Shown here in pieces: positions 62,419-64,000 of a DNA stretch of 64,000 bases. The position numbers were made by a program, and so were the translations under genes. Positions within the stretch are counted from its first letter, which is position 1, and the number at the start of each line of letters is the position of its first letter. The notes beneath the pieces are model-generated. The model was not told the DNA's origin. It worked only from the letters and a program-made list of their open reading frames with translations, and did not search any database. Source of the DNA: Cellvibrionaceae bacterium (GTDB lineage: Bacteria > Pseudomonadota > Gammaproteobacteria > Pseudomonadales > Cellvibrionaceae); contig JANPZW010000013.1 of assembly GCA_024707385.1 (NCBI GenBank), positions 379,465 through 443,464 on the forward strand, read 5' to 3'.

Positions 62419-63588
62419 GTGTCCGCTCTTAGCCTCCTCCGCCTCGTTGTCGTGAGCGCAGCTCTCTGCGCAATTGCCAGTTGTGACCGGCAGACAGACA
62501 CACCGCCAAACAAAGCCACAAAACCCGAGACCGCCGCGCCCGGCCGCTCGGCATCCACTTCTGGCGAAACCGCGCGCACCGCCAATCCCGCCTGGCCGCT
62601 CGGGGGAGAACTGCTGAGCGAAGCCACCGGACGCGCAGAGGCACTGAATCAGACCGTAGCGAAACTGCTCGATTCACCCAATATCGAAAATCTGGAAAAC
62701 GCCCAAAACGCCTGGCGCGAAACCGCCGCGTCGCTCGAACAATTTCACCTGTTTTCCCGTCTGGGTGTGGTGGCACCAAAAGATTTCCAGAAGCTGGTGG
62801 ACTTTCAATTCAATTTGACGGCCTGGCCGATCCAACCCGGTTATTTGGACGCCTTCGGCGAGCATCCCTACTCTGGCATCGTGTTCGATATAGGTGTGCC
62901 CATGACAGCGGAAACTCTGCGCGAACAACACGGCATGACGGACAACGGCGACGCCACCCTCGGCGTTTATGCATTGGAATTCATTCTGTTCGGCGAGCAG
63001 AACAATCGCGGGCCACTGTTATTCCAACCCATTACCGGCCTCAGCGAGCAGGATCAGGAGACCGGTTATACCAGCGTCGAGGAGCTGCCGCGCAACCGGC
63101 GCCGGGAACTGCTGCGCTTGCAAGCAAAACTGCTGCTGGAGGATGTGCAGCATTTGCAGATGGCTTGGGTGAACAGCCAGCCCGGATACTTGCAACACCG
63201 GCTTGAGGTCCTGTCACCGGCGCAACAAGCCGATCTGCTGCGCAAGGCGGCCCTGGCTCTGGCGACCGAGCAGCTGGTCACCATCGCCAATCAAAGTCCG
63301 ACCGGCAGCAGCGATTTATGGCAGGGACAACAATTGGCAGACCGTCTCGCGGCGCAAATGGAAGGACTGGCGCGCTTCAACTCCCGCGCGCCACTGGGCA
63401 GCCAAGTGGAGGTGGAAATTGCCAAATGCCTAGCCGCCATGAATGACATCCGCCGCCTGCCGCCGCTCAATGATCAGGGGCTCGCCCCCAGGGCGGATTG
63501 GAAGGATACCTACACCAGCCTGCGCGAGCTGATCAAAGCGCTCAATCCGGCACCAGCCGACGCCGAAAATAATGCAGCCAACTTGTAA
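62419..63588 (+). CDS. Imelysin-like lipoprotein
   Basis: Lipobox IASC; AQNAWRE, WPIQPGYLD, LGVYALEFILFG. Confidence 0.7.
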   Translation: MSALSLLRLVVVSAALCAIASCDRQTDTPPNKATKPETAAPGRSASTSGETARTANPAWPLGGELLSEATGRAEALNQTVAKLLDSPNIENLENAQNAWRETAASLEQFHLFSRLGVVAPKDFQKLVDFQFNLTAWPIQPGYLDAFGEHPYSGIVFDIGVPMTAETLREQHGMTDNGDATLGVYALEFILFGEQNNRGPLLFQPITGLSEQDQETGYTSVEELPRNRRRELLRLQAKLLLEDVQHLQMAWVNSQPGYLQHRLEVLSPAQQADLLRKAALALATEQLVTIANQSPTGSSDLWQGQQLADRLAAQMEGLARFNSRAPLGSQVEVEIAKCLAAMNDIRRLPPLNDQGLAPRADWKDTYTSLRELIKALNPAPADAENNAANL

Positions 63589-63758
63589 AAAGCAAAGCCT
63601 CGTGTTTGTAAAAAGCGCAACGCTCTAGTGTAAGCAACACACGTCAAATTCCCCGCTTGGCGGCGCCATGGCGCCGTCGCCCTTGTCTCAGCGACTGAAC
63701 TTCGTCTGGCACCCTTTTTGCGCCGCCTGCGCAGTTTAACTACGCAGGATGGCCTACC

Positions 63759-64000
63759 TTGCTTAAGACGATCGCCATAATTCTGATCACCGTCACTTTG
63801 ACGTCTCTCTATTTTGTTATCTCGCGTCGCCGCCGCACGCCGAAATATCAATTGAGCCCTGACGATTTGCCGGATGTGGGCGAGTGCCTGCTGAAATTTG
63901 CCGGCATGACCAAAAGCGCCGTGCACAGTGGCAATCATATTCAGGTCTATCAAAACGGTGCGCTTTTTCCAGCGCTGATAGAGAGCATTGAAGCCGCCAA
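63759..64000 (+). CDS. Cardiolipin synthase / phospholipase D family, 5' part only (runs off the window)
   Basis: Translated by hand: TM helix then ..GNHIQVYQNGALFPALIESIEAA, the typical pre-HKD segment; AGGA RBS before TTG. Confidence 0.7.
   Translation, partial: MLKTIAIILITVTLTSLYFVISRRRRTPKYQLSPDDLPDVGECLLKFAGMTKSAVHSGNHIQVYQNGALFPALIESIEAA

Overview
Bacterial chromosomal window from a Gammaproteobacterium, probably Cellvibrionales. The taxonomy is inferred from a poly-serine-linked lipoprotein, a Ttp-type TonB operon and the sahR-metK-ahcY-metF and rppH-ptsP-lgt-thyA-folA gene orders. Layout: (1) 0.1-15.4 kb, mixed accessory and core genes (multidomain lipoprotein, GAF-EAL, ABC exporter, aldo-keto reductase, yqhD, PQQ sugar dehydrogenase, tex, orphan hpaR) plus REP-like and tandem repeats. 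(2) 15.7-28.3 kb, a divergent 10-gene cell-envelope cluster of unknown function with five CXXCH haem motifs in three exported proteins, a Tat-type protein, three predicted beta-barrels, a TlpA and a CxC-tailed small lipoprotein; this is the best candidate for an undescribed system. (3) 28.4-40.5 kb, an AT-richer glycosylation island with an ALG5-like GT2 and two tandem ALG10/DIE2-like GT-C genes, ending at a perfect 54-bp palindrome that contains the SahR operator. (4) 40.6-64 kb, mostly housekeeping genes and a TonB/Exb operon. Twelve genes carry 15 frame breaks, 14 of them in runs of 4 or more identical bases and including thyA, so most are probably long-read indel errors rather than pseudogenes. 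No rRNA, tRNA, CRISPR array, integrase or transposase was seen. All family assignments come from motif recognition by eye; no searches were run.
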